Shown: positions 19,964 to 28,257 of the stretch, one piece after another
How positions within the stretch are numbered: position 1 is the stretch's first letter
Layout: each line of letters starts with the position of its first letter
Assembly (NCBI GenBank): GCA_015233335.1
Contig: JADFXX010000002.1
Location: 891-64,890 of the forward strand
Direction of reading: 5' to 3'
Origin: Candidatus Omnitrophota bacterium
GTDB lineage: Bacteria > Omnitrophota > Gorgyraeia > Zapsychrales > Fredricksoniimonadaceae
DNA: 64,000 nt
Position numbers and translations under genes: made by a program
Notes under the pieces: model-generated
Told to the model about the DNA's origin: nothing
The model's input: the letters and a program-made list of their open reading frames with translations, nothing else
The model's database searches: none

Positions 19964-20425
19964 CTATTTAATTTCCTCAACATTGCCTGAGCCGAACATA
20001 CGGTATGGGCCAGTGTACTTAAATTTGAGCACTTGATCTTTGGCTATAACAATATCTTTCTTATTTGGTTCGCCCCAAACAACCTTATCGCTTTCTGCCG
20101 GATTATCTGAGGTGCCATAAAACTTTAAAGAATGTTTGCCAACATTAATCTTGATGGTAACATCGCTTTGCTTCTCAACAACCAGCGGAGGATTGGAGTC
20201 TATCTTGATCGCATATTTAGCGACTACCATCTGGTAAGAAGGCTGTCTGGTTTGGATATACAATGTGCCTGCATCCGCACCCGGCTTTGATACGTCAAAA
20301 CTAAAGCTTTGAGCCTTAGGAGGGGCCGCTTGGTTGGCAGCCTGTTGAGCGATCATGGTTGAAACGCATCCACATAATGACATGAACATCAGACCGCTGA
20401 ATAACAGAAAAATTTTTCTTTTCAT
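19964..20425 (-). CDS. Hypothetical lipoprotein
   Basis: 153 aa. Signal peptide with a lipobox-like FMSLCGC. No recognisable catalytic motif. Confidence 0.5.
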   Translation of the reverse strand: MKRKIFLLFSGLMFMSLCGCVSTMIAQQAANQAAPPKAQSFSFDVSKPGADAGTLYIQTRQPSYQMVVAKYAIKIDSNPPLVVEKQSDVTIKINVGKHSLKFYGTSDNPAESDKVVWGEPNKKDIVIAKDQVLKFKYTGPYRMFGSGNVEEIK

Positions 20426-20591
20426 TTTGATATCTCCTCAAGAGATGGGTTTTAAAGAAAAGCCCTCCCAGACACTAAAAAAATTTTTTTATTAGAATAC
20501 TCTTATAATTGTTTTGTGTCAATTTGATTAAACGAAGAGCATGTTTGCGCCCCAAAAAGCCTCCTTTGTAGCAACAAATCAATTCAAAATT

Positions 20592-20630
20592 AAAAAAAAT
20601 CGCAAACCACGATTTTCTAATGACTTGCGA
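20592..20630 (-). terminator. Possible intrinsic terminator after the DUF1566 gene
   Basis: Minus strand: UCGCAA, a 19-nt loop, UUGCGA, followed by a run of eight U. The stem is only 6 bp. Confidence 0.35.
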
Positions 20631-20655
20631 AACTTGATTATTAATAGCAAAGGGA

Positions 20656-21480
20656 TCAATATCTGCGGACGCAACGAATTCTAGTAGCGCCGATTGAGGT
20701 CGTTTTGGTAACAGAAACCTGGTTACCATTTACATACGATACAAATCTGTCCTGAGTAGGACTAGACTCTGTCGACGACCAATAAAAATTAGTAAAACCA
20801 GTTAAAGGGTGAGGAGTTTGACAACCTGCTGAGCAGTTAGTGCTATTAAAATAAAGCACATTTTTTAGCTCACCATTTGCGTCACTGTTCATAGATGCTG
20901 CCGGCAGATACCAATCACTATAACCTCCAAATACCATATAATGACAATAAAGGGCAGGGTCTGTGTCCGCATAAGAAGCCAAAATATTTGTATTGCTACG
21001 CCCATCAGTTTGACTTGATGCGCCTGTTGTAACATTACAAGGAGTATTGCCTACAGTGGTATTACACGAGCTTGGGGCATGAGCATTATCAGACCATTTC
21101 GGTGCAGTTGGGTCAGCTCCTCCGGAACAGCTTGGATAAAAATAACCCGTGACCGGATTCGTTTGAGCTGTACAGCCGCTGGGCGTCGTCATGTAATTAC
21201 TATTATTATATGTACCGGCATAAAGAGGATAATCGGTTGCTAAGTTGCATCCTCCCAACGGGCCGCAAGTACAGTTGTTCCCTACAAAGTTCTGGTTGGG
21301 CGACGAACCTGTTTGGGTACACTGATCCAGTGGGGAAAGATGAGCGGCGGACAATCGAGCCCCTGAGATCTTGATAATTGCATAAGATATTTTCGTATTT
21401 ACAAAAAGAAATCCGAAAGAAAGAAGTAAAATTACGCTTGCCTGTTTGAAAGAAATGTCATAGAAGCTTCGCATAACCAA
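20656..21480 (-). CDS. Secreted Cys-rich protein with C-terminal DUF1566 (Lcl C-terminal-like) domain
   Basis: 274 aa. N-terminal hydrophobic signal; motifs GGYSDWYLPA and FYWSSTE typical of DUF1566; about 16 Cys in the mature part. Confidence 0.6.
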   Translation of the reverse strand: MVMRSFYDISFKQASVILLLSFGFLFVNTKISYAIIKISGARLSAAHLSPLDQCTQTGSSPNQNFVGNNCTCGPLGGCNLATDYPLYAGTYNNSNYMTTPSGCTAQTNPVTGYFYPSCSGGADPTAPKWSDNAHAPSSCNTTVGNTPCNVTTGASSQTDGRSNTNILASYADTDPALYCHYMVFGGYSDWYLPAASMNSDANGELKNVLYFNSTNCSAGCQTPHPLTGFTNFYWSSTESSPTQDRFVSYVNGNQVSVTKTTSIGATRIRCVRRY

Positions 21481-21489
21481 TTAAATCAA

Positions 21490-21581
21490 TGGCGGAGAGG
21501 TCGGGATTCGAACCCGAGGACCCAGTTACCCAGGTCAATTGCTTAGCAGGCAATTGCATTCAGCCACTCTGCCACCTCTCC
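21490..21581 (-). tRNA. tRNA-Ser (anticodon GCU), CCA encoded
   Basis: Minus strand: GGAGAGG-UG-GCA..UGC-A-AUUGC-CUGCUAA-GCAAU, long variable arm, UCGGG-UUCGAAU-CCCGA, CCUCUCC-G-CCA. Class II cloverleaf folded by hand. Confidence 0.9.
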
Positions 21582-21621
21582 TACAAAAAAATTACTATAT
21601 CAAATACATTCAGAAAAGGAG

Positions 21622-21669
21622 AGGTGTTGCCCCTGTGCTTGTTTTCGAAGAAAACTACAGGGGCCACCT
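21622..21669 (-). repeat. 48-nt structured element, copy 1 (shared with 61144..61191)
   Basis: 42/48 nt identical to the copy upstream of tRNA-Ser(CGA). Minus strand folds as AGGUG-GCCCCUGU-(A)GUUUUC-UUC-GAAAAC-(AAGC)-ACAGGGGC-(AA)-CACCU. Confidence 0.7.
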
Positions 21670-21773
21670 TCCTAAATCAAATACAATAAATATTTTGGTT
21701 CATGATGTGCTAAATTTGTGCTGTTTTAAGAATCCTAATTATACGCATTTATACTCAAAAGTAAATCTCTTTG

Positions 21774-22811
21774 TTAAATGAAAGTATATAAATAGCCCGT
21801 CAATAAACACAATGCTGCAATCGAAGCCACAAAAACAACCAGCACTTTAAATCCAAATTCTTTCTTTAAAACTAAGATCGTTGCATAAGATACAACAGGC
21901 CCCAGCAAAAGCAGACACATACCGGCACCTATGTTTAAGCCCTGATTTACAAAAGCATGGACCAAAGGCACACTGCAGGTGGCGCACATATACATGATCA
22001 GCCCGTAAAGAATAACGAAAAGATAGCCGCATCCTTGAGCAAGATAACTTTTGATCCAAAAGCCTATAGGGGCAACGCTTGTGACCAAGGCTGCCAAAAA
22101 AAGACCTATGATCAACTGTAAACCAATTTCTTTGGGCATATCTATAAAAGCAAATTTAAGCGCACCTCTGACCCTTCTCCAAAATGTGCTCTTTCCCCCA
22201 CAACTACAACAATGACAGCTATCCTCTGTTTTATTGTCAAGAACCCCATTGTTTCTGTCTGTAATTTTAATATCTAGAAATTCACCTATCGAGCCCATAA
22301 TAAGACCAATGATAATTACCGCAAAAAACGCATAGATGGCAAATTTAAGGCCCATAAAGCGATATGTTACAAACACAGCGCTGATAGAAGTCGCAGGAGT
22401 TGCCACCAGAATGGAAAATACAGGCCCAAGTGTAGCCCCTTTCTTACGAAAGCTGAGGGCAATAGGAAGAGATCCCCAACAGCAAACCGGTGCGATTGCA
22501 CCGATCATGGTCGCCAGCATGATCGGCCTAATCCCTTTACCACCTAAATATCTTTCGACCCAATTTTCCGGTATAAACTCATGGATGATACCGCTCATAA
22601 GGAGTCCCAAAGCAAGGGCAGGGATCAATTCGATAGAATACTCTTTTAAAACATCAAAAAAATATAAAATATACCATCTCCCGTTTAATGTAAAAATTTC
22701 TTTGCTAAGAACATACCGATCAACATCGAAAGCACAAATATAATTGCCCTGGGCAAACCTAATCCTACTCCAACAAGGGCCGGCCCCGGACAAAAACCAG
22801 CCAGCCCCCAA
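21774..22811 (-). CDS. Predicted permease (ArsP-like 'predicted permease' family) with Cys-rich loop; start uncertain
   Basis: Motifs GAIAPVCCWGSLPIALSF and ATPATSI, and loop EDSCHCCSCGG. The first about 40 codons overlap the upstream YeeE-like gene, so the true start is probably internal. Confidence 0.6.
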   Translation of the reverse strand: MGAGWFLSGAGPCWSRIRFAQGNYICAFDVDRYVLSKEIFTLNGRWYILYFFDVLKEYSIELIPALALGLLMSGIIHEFIPENWVERYLGGKGIRPIMLATMIGAIAPVCCWGSLPIALSFRKKGATLGPVFSILVATPATSISAVFVTYRFMGLKFAIYAFFAVIIIGLIMGSIGEFLDIKITDRNNGVLDNKTEDSCHCCSCGGKSTFWRRVRGALKFAFIDMPKEIGLQLIIGLFLAALVTSVAPIGFWIKSYLAQGCGYLFVILYGLIMYMCATCSVPLVHAFVNQGLNIGAGMCLLLLGPVVSYATILVLKKEFGFKVLVVFVASIAALCLLTGYLYTFI

Positions 22812-23101
22812 CCTATCCCAAACAGGACCGCCCCCCCAACTAAGGACGCGTCAACTTTATTCTTTTTGGGCAGGTCAAAACAATCACATAACAACGGTTT
22901 AAAATTACCTACTAAACGAAAACCGACGAATGTGATAGTTAAAGCCCCGGCCATGACAAAGGCTAAGGTCAGGTCAAAATTTCCGAACACATCTAGAAAG
23001 CCTATAATTTTCTGAGGATTAACCATGCCTGATATGCATAAACCTATCGACATGACAATCCCGCTGATAAATGCCGTAAAAATATACATATCACACTCCA
23101 A
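22685..23101 (-). CDS. YeeE/YedE-family sulfur-compound transporter half (C-terminal-type)
   Basis: 138 aa, four hydrophobic helices, GWGLAGFCPGPA motif. Confidence 0.65.
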   Translation of the reverse strand: MECDMYIFTAFISGIVMSIGLCISGMVNPQKIIGFLDVFGNFDLTLAFVMAGALTITFVGFRLVGNFKPLLCDCFDLPKKNKVDASLVGGAVLFGIGWGLAGFCPGPALVGVGLGLPRAIIFVLSMLIGMFLAKKFLH

Positions 23102-23504
23102 GAGTCTTCTTAACCCACACCGTCAAAATTCCGGCCGCCATAAAGACAATCGTCGCTACAATCGATCTTTTTGATAACCTTGCAAGACCGCAAATCCCAT
23201 GACCACTGGTACAGCCATTACCGATCACAGTTCCAAAACCTACTAAAAACCCTGCAACGATCAAACCCCACCCTGAAGTTTCAATCACAACTGCAACAGG
23301 AAACCTCATCTGATAAATGTAACCGCCAAAGATAAGCCCTAAAACAAATGCAAGCCTCCACCAAAAATCTTTATCCGGTTTTGATAGTAGTTTTGATGTT
23401 ATCCCACTCACACCCATAATACGCCCATTAAACCAAAACAAGATCACCGCGGCAGCCCCAATAAATGCTCCCCCGATCAGTCCATGAACATAGGATATAT
23501 TCAT
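23091..23504 (-). CDS. YeeE/YedE-family sulfur-compound transporter half (N-terminal-type)
   Basis: The track ORF extends to 23570. The likely start MNISYVHGLIGG is at 23504, just after the upstream stop. GNGCTSGHGICG motif present. Confidence 0.65.
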   Translation of the reverse strand: MNISYVHGLIGGAFIGAAAVILFWFNGRIMGVSGITSKLLSKPDKDFWWRLAFVLGLIFGGYIYQMRFPVAVVIETSGWGLIVAGFLVGFGTVIGNGCTSGHGICGLARLSKRSIVATIVFMAAGILTVWVKKTLGV

Positions 23505-23505
23505 A

Positions 23506-25149
23506 TTAAATCCCCACATATGCCTTAAAAGTTTGGTATCCACCCGATAAATTACGACATTTAAAACCATGCTGGGTTAAAATGCGACATGCCAGATACC
23601 CTCGCAACCCAACTTGGCAATAAGCCATATATTCTTTATCCTTGGAAAGCCGGTCTAATTGTCCCCTTAAATCATCGATGGGAATGTTAACCGCACCGGG
23701 AATCATGCCAGCCTGCGTTTCTTGAACAGATCTTACATCTAAAATAACTTGATCAGGTCTTGGATTAATTGCATCTTCACTATGACAATTTAGCACATCA
23801 CCTTTGAGCATATTAGAGGCCACAAATCCTAAGAAATTGACCGGATCCTTGGCAGAGCCATAAGGCGGCGCATAACATAATTCCAAATGTTCCAGATCAT
23901 AAACAGTCATCCCACAACGAAGAGCAACTGCCAGAACGTCAATACGTTTATCCACCCCTTCCCGGCCAACTGCTTGAGCCCCTAATATCTTACCGCTTTG
24001 CGGATCAAAAAGTAGTTTCATGCTAATCTGAGTGGCCCCGGGATAATAGCCGGCATGATTATGAGAATGGATATAAACTTTTTCAAAGGCTAAATTCATT
24101 CTCTTGAGGATCTTTTCATTGATACCCGTCATGCCGATCGTCAGATCGAAGAATTTACAAACAGCTGTGCCCTGTGTTCTTCGATAAATGGAATCACGGC
24201 CAAAAATATTATCTGCGGCGATCCTGCCCTGTCTGTTAGCCGGTCCGGCTAAAGGGATCAATACCTTTGTACCCGTTACAAATTCATCAACCTCAATGGC
24301 ATCACCAACCGCGAATATGGCAGGATCATTAGTGCGCATATGCTCATCGACCACTATTCCCCCACGCTGGCCAATCTGTAGCCCCGCTTCACGAGCCAAA
24401 GGGATTTCCGGCTTAACCCCAATAGCTAAAATCACCAAATCGCAATCAAGTTTCTCTCCATTACTTAATTCTGCAGACACCCCATGACCCGCTTGATAAA
24501 ACGCCTTGACAGAAACACCAAAATTGATACCTACACCATGCTTATATAACTCCTGATGTAAATAATACGCCATTTCAGGATCAGCAGGACCCATGACCTG
24601 ATTTGATAGCTCAATGATCTGCACTTGAAGCTTGCGCTCACACAAAGCCTCGGTCATCTCCAAACCAATATATCCCCCACCAACAATAATAACCTTCTTG
24701 GCGTTGTTTTGATCTATTTGCTGTTTGATCCGGTCCATATCCGACAAATTACGCAAAGTCATCACTTGGGGAAGATCGAACCCTGGTATAGGAGGCTTGA
24801 TCGGATCAGCCCCTGGGCTTAGAATTAAATAGTCATAAGCTTCCACTGATTCCTGTCCACTTACGATATCTCTGACTACGATATTTTTCTGAACCCGATC
24901 TATTTTTGCGACTTCGGTCTTAACGTTTGTTTTAATACGAAAACGCTTATATAAAGATTCCGGTGTCTGCACTAAAAGCTTTTGACGTTCCTTGATCACA
25001 CCCCCAATATGATACGGTAAACCACAGTTGGCAAACGAGACATGTTCCCCGCGTTCGAAAATGATAATCTCAGCATCTTCAGACAATCTTCTGGCTCTTG
25101 CCGCGGCTGATGCACCGCCGGCAACACCGCCCACGATCAATATTCTCAT
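23506..25149 (-). CDS. CoA-disulfide reductase / NAD(P)H persulfide-polysulfide reductase type flavoprotein with C-terminal rhodanese domain
   Basis: 547 aa. FAD motif ILIVGGVAGGASAA, redox Cys in SFANCGLPY, second dinucleotide fold VIIVGGGYIGLE, rhodanese loop YCQVGLRG. Confidence 0.8.
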   Translation of the reverse strand: MRILIVGGVAGGASAAARARRLSEDAEIIIFERGEHVSFANCGLPYHIGGVIKERQKLLVQTPESLYKRFRIKTNVKTEVAKIDRVQKNIVVRDIVSGQESVEAYDYLILSPGADPIKPPIPGFDLPQVMTLRNLSDMDRIKQQIDQNNAKKVIIVGGGYIGLEMTEALCERKLQVQIIELSNQVMGPADPEMAYYLHQELYKHGVGINFGVSVKAFYQAGHGVSAELSNGEKLDCDLVILAIGVKPEIPLAREAGLQIGQRGGIVVDEHMRTNDPAIFAVGDAIEVDEFVTGTKVLIPLAGPANRQGRIAADNIFGRDSIYRRTQGTAVCKFFDLTIGMTGINEKILKRMNLAFEKVYIHSHNHAGYYPGATQISMKLLFDPQSGKILGAQAVGREGVDKRIDVLAVALRCGMTVYDLEHLELCYAPPYGSAKDPVNFLGFVASNMLKGDVLNCHSEDAINPRPDQVILDVRSVQETQAGMIPGAVNIPIDDLRGQLDRLSKDKEYMAYCQVGLRGYLACRILTQHGFKCRNLSGGYQTFKAYVGI

Positions 25150-26798
25150 TTTTTGCCTCCTAAAATCACCTCTGCAAGATTACGGGCTATTAATTCATTG
25201 CCCGCACGTGTACAGTGCCCAAAATCAGAAGCAAAAATATCTTTGAAATAATAATTATATCCTTGTTTCATCAAAGCTTGTTTGAAGTTTTGACTGTTTT
25301 CAACAAATATAATCCCCTTTTTTTGCCCCAAGTAATCTTTTAATAAACCTATCTCTCTTAGAGGATATTGCATAACCAGCACTTTAATATGACGCCTCAA
25401 GATCTTATCCAAAAGAAGACTATAATTAATCAGCGTTGCCGGACAATATTCAGGCATTTGGCGCTGGGCGGCTTTTCGAAAATATCCTTTAGCTAAATCT
25501 GCCTTTCCTTGTTTATAATAAAGGTGCCCTAAAGCTTCAAAAAAAAGAGAATTTTTAGGATGAAGAGGGATTTGTTTCAAATATAAAGTTTCTTCCTGTT
25601 GGTATTGACCCTGATCATCCAAAACCTGTCCCCAATCAATATAAGCCTGATCAAGATCAGGTCTAAGCTTTATGGCATGACTCAAATACCTCTGCGCCAG
25701 GTCAAAATGCTTTGCTTCCCTAAACCATTCAGCTAATTCGATATGCCCCCAATAATCCTGAGGGTTGGATTGTAAATAACCGGCATAAACATAAAAAGCT
25801 TCATCTTTATGTTCTCGATAATAGACACGGGCCATTCCCAAAAGAGCATTGGTATTCTTTGGATCCAATACAAACGCCGCTTGGAAAGCTTTTAAGGCCT
25901 GTTCGTTCTTACCCTCTGCCAAATAAAGCTCGCCCCACTCTTTATAAATATCCGAACTTTTAGGAATTAAAGTGGCAGCCTGTTCTAACGTCCTCTGGGC
26001 TTCCTCAAAAGAGCCTTGAAGACGATAGCGCCAGGCTAGTTCAACACAAGCTAAACCTGCCTCAATGACAGATCGTCCGGCCATTTGTTTTTCTTGCTCA
26101 ACTTGAGCAAACTGCTCTTTCTGCTGGTATTGAGCCAAGGCGGACATATGCTTAGATAAACCTTCGATATTCTTAGTTATTACAAGCTTGAAAAAATCTT
26201 CCATCTGCTGATAATTACCGCTACCGGTTAATAAATCAGCCTCTTCGGTAGGGGCATTGATCTCCTTGATCCGATGAGTGATGTGCTGACATAAAAGACG
26301 GGCCAACTTATAAACCCGAAAATCTTTTAAGAAAGATTTAATATTTTCCCACCACAGGTTTTTGTGCAAATCATTTAAATAAATCCTATCGTTAATCCCC
26401 ATCATAACAATCACAAGTTGTGGTTTATACTGATCCAGATTTTGCTCAACATGTGTTAAAATATAGTCAGAGGTTGTGCTGATAATGCCTTTATTAATCA
26501 CCGTAAAATTCTTTTGCCGACTTTGCGTATTAAGCATCTGTTCAAGCAGGCTAGGATACGAATCTTCCCCCCCTAAAGCCGTCGTTGACTCTCCTAAACA
26601 TAAAATGCGATATTCATTCTTGTTAAAAGACAGATGGTTATGCCTTTCTTGCAAATAAAGAACAGCACTCCCGGCTATACGTAGTCCGACCTCAAGAAGA
26701 ATAGCGGCCAAAAATACACCGAAGATTAATAGAAATAATTTTTGTTTAATTGAGGTTGTCTGCATTAGAACACATGGAGGCAAAAAGAATCGCTTCAA
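25146..26798 (-). CDS. Membrane-anchored SGNH/GDSL-type hydrolase interrupted by a TPR-repeat insertion
   Basis: 550 aa. Block I LCLGESTT, block III MMGINDR, then about 300 aa with TPR-like repeats, then block V SDFGHCT (DxxH) at the C-terminus. Confidence 0.6.
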   Translation of the reverse strand: MKRFFLPPCVLMQTTSIKQKLFLLIFGVFLAAILLEVGLRIAGSAVLYLQERHNHLSFNKNEYRILCLGESTTALGGEDSYPSLLEQMLNTQSRQKNFTVINKGIISTTSDYILTHVEQNLDQYKPQLVIVMMGINDRIYLNDLHKNLWWENIKSFLKDFRVYKLARLLCQHITHRIKEINAPTEEADLLTGSGNYQQMEDFFKLVITKNIEGLSKHMSALAQYQQKEQFAQVEQEKQMAGRSVIEAGLACVELAWRYRLQGSFEEAQRTLEQAATLIPKSSDIYKEWGELYLAEGKNEQALKAFQAAFVLDPKNTNALLGMARVYYREHKDEAFYVYAGYLQSNPQDYWGHIELAEWFREAKHFDLAQRYLSHAIKLRPDLDQAYIDWGQVLDDQGQYQQEETLYLKQIPLHPKNSLFFEALGHLYYKQGKADLAKGYFRKAAQRQMPEYCPATLINYSLLLDKILRRHIKVLVMQYPLREIGLLKDYLGQKKGIIFVENSQNFKQALMKQGYNYYFKDIFASDFGHCTRAGNELIARNLAEVILGGKK

Positions 26799-26801
26799 TC
26801 A

Positions 26802-27278
26802 TCAGTTCTCGAAAGCTTGCCTGGATTTGCGTTTCTTCTGGAAAAATTCGCTGACTAATGCAGCGCATTCTGCCGCTAAAATACCGCCGGTGACATTCAA
26901 GCGGTGATTTAATGATTTATGATTTGCGATATTTATAACTGAACCACAGGCACCGGTCTTGGGATCTTCGGCTCCAAAACACACACGGCTCATACGTGCT
27001 AAAACCAGTGCTCCGGCGCACATGGAACAAGGCTCAATTGTCACAAAGAGACTGCATTCCTGCAGCCATTTTGATGATAAATAATTCGTTGCCTGAGTGA
27101 TTGCGATCATTTCGGCATGTGCCGTTGGATCTTTAAGCATTTCAATCTGATTATGCGCTCGGGCTATAATTTTATGCTGATAAACCACGATGGCACCCAC
27201 CGGAACCTCATCCGCCAAGGCCGCCTTCTGAGCCTGCCGAACGGCCTCCATCATAAAAATCTCATCATCTTTAAGCAT
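26802..27278 (-). CDS. tadA: tRNA adenosine(34) deaminase
   Basis: 158 aa. HAEM...PCSMCAGAL zinc-binding CDA motifs and typical TadA length. Confidence 0.9.
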   Translation of the reverse strand: MLKDDEIFMMEAVRQAQKAALADEVPVGAIVVYQHKIIARAHNQIEMLKDPTAHAEMIAITQATNYLSSKWLQECSLFVTIEPCSMCAGALVLARMSRVCFGAEDPKTGACGSVINIANHKSLNHRLNVTGGILAAECAALVSEFFQKKRKSRQAFEN

Positions 27279-27281
27279 GGT

Positions 27282-28010
27282 CTATTTGGTTTTATCTATA
27301 GGAAGGAGAATATGAACACTTGTCCCCTTGCGCAGAGAACTTTTAATGTCAATGGAGCCGCCGACAGCTTTGATAATCGAATAGATAATGGAAAGTCCCA
27401 AGCCGGCACTTTTATCAACGCCGCGCTCTTTGGTTGTAAAGAATGGTTCAAATACTTTGGGTAAATGATCCGGTGTAATCCCTACCCCTTCATCAATCAC
27501 AGTAATCCCAACAGCCCTTCGTTCAAGATCCAAATAAGTTTTTAACTTGATCGTTCCGCCACCCGGCATGGCCTGGATGGCGTTAACAAGCACATTATGA
27601 ACGATCTGATGACACTCAATATGTCCCACACCAACCAAAGGCAAGTCTCTTTTTAAATAAGGAATCAGCTTAATACGGGAGAACTCCAACTGCTGACTTA
27701 AAATACCAAGAATATTACTGATGACATCATTGATCTGACAGCTGTTGTCTTCAAGCCTAGCACTACGTTTGCCCATATGCAGCATGCGGCTTGTCGTCTG
27801 CGAACAATATTCCAGTTGACGCTTGAGCTGCTCTAAAGAAGAGATTATGCTTTTAAAATCTTTGTATGAAACATACTCAAAATTGCGGTTTTTATACTCA
27901 TTAATCAATTTTTCGGTATGCGCAAGTACGGATTTAAGGGGAGAATCCAGCTCATGCGCCAAACCGGAAATGATCGTCATGGAGTCAGAGGAAGGCTGAG
28001 TTCTTTTCAT
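27282..28010 (-). CDS. Cytoplasmic histidine kinase core (no sensor domain)
   Basis: 242 aa. H-box LAHELDSPL, ATPase motifs HNVLVNAIQAM, DEGVGI and GLGLSI. The ATG lies 8 nt downstream of the tRNA-Arg 3' end. Confidence 0.75.
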   Translation of the reverse strand: MKRTQPSSDSMTIISGLAHELDSPLKSVLAHTEKLINEYKNRNFEYVSYKDFKSIISSLEQLKRQLEYCSQTTSRMLHMGKRSARLEDNSCQINDVISNILGILSQQLEFSRIKLIPYLKRDLPLVGVGHIECHQIVHNVLVNAIQAMPGGGTIKLKTYLDLERRAVGITVIDEGVGITPDHLPKVFEPFFTTKERGVDKSAGLGLSIIYSIIKAVGGSIDIKSSLRKGTSVHILLPIDKTK

Positions 28011-28018
28011 ATTTAAAA

Positions 28019-28092
28019 CGCGCCTGACAAGATTCGAACTTGTAACCCTCAGTTCCGTAGACTGATGCTCTATCCAGTTGAGCTACAGGCGC
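28019..28092 (-). tRNA. tRNA-Arg (anticodon ACG)
   Basis: Minus strand: GCGCCUG-UA-GCUC..GAGC-A-UCAGU-CUACGGA-ACUGA-GGGUU-ACAAG-UUCGAAU-CUUGU-CAGGCGC-G. No encoded CCA. Confidence 0.9.
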
Positions 28093-28257
28093 AGCAAATC
28101 CGTCCAATAAATTATAAATGGTTGTTATTTATATCAGATTTATTAACGACTGTAAAGGAAGACTTCATATTATGCCCCACCTAAAAGAAGCCTAAAATTA
28201 CAAATAAGGTTACAAAATTTTAAAGCCGTTTAAAGTATCTAATCCGAATTGACCTAA

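Noticed and set aside
20475-20729. 84-aa minus-strand ORF. Within it, a strong AAGGAGG lies 4 nt before a TTG that would start a 26-aa basic peptide (GRKHALRLIKLTQNNYKSILIKKFF)
   Set aside because: The long form overlaps the DUF1566 gene out of frame. The short form has tight SD spacing and a non-ATG start, overlaps the likely promoter of the lipoprotein gene, and has no detectable conservation from this single sequence. It can be re-checked with ribosome profiling or comparative genomics.
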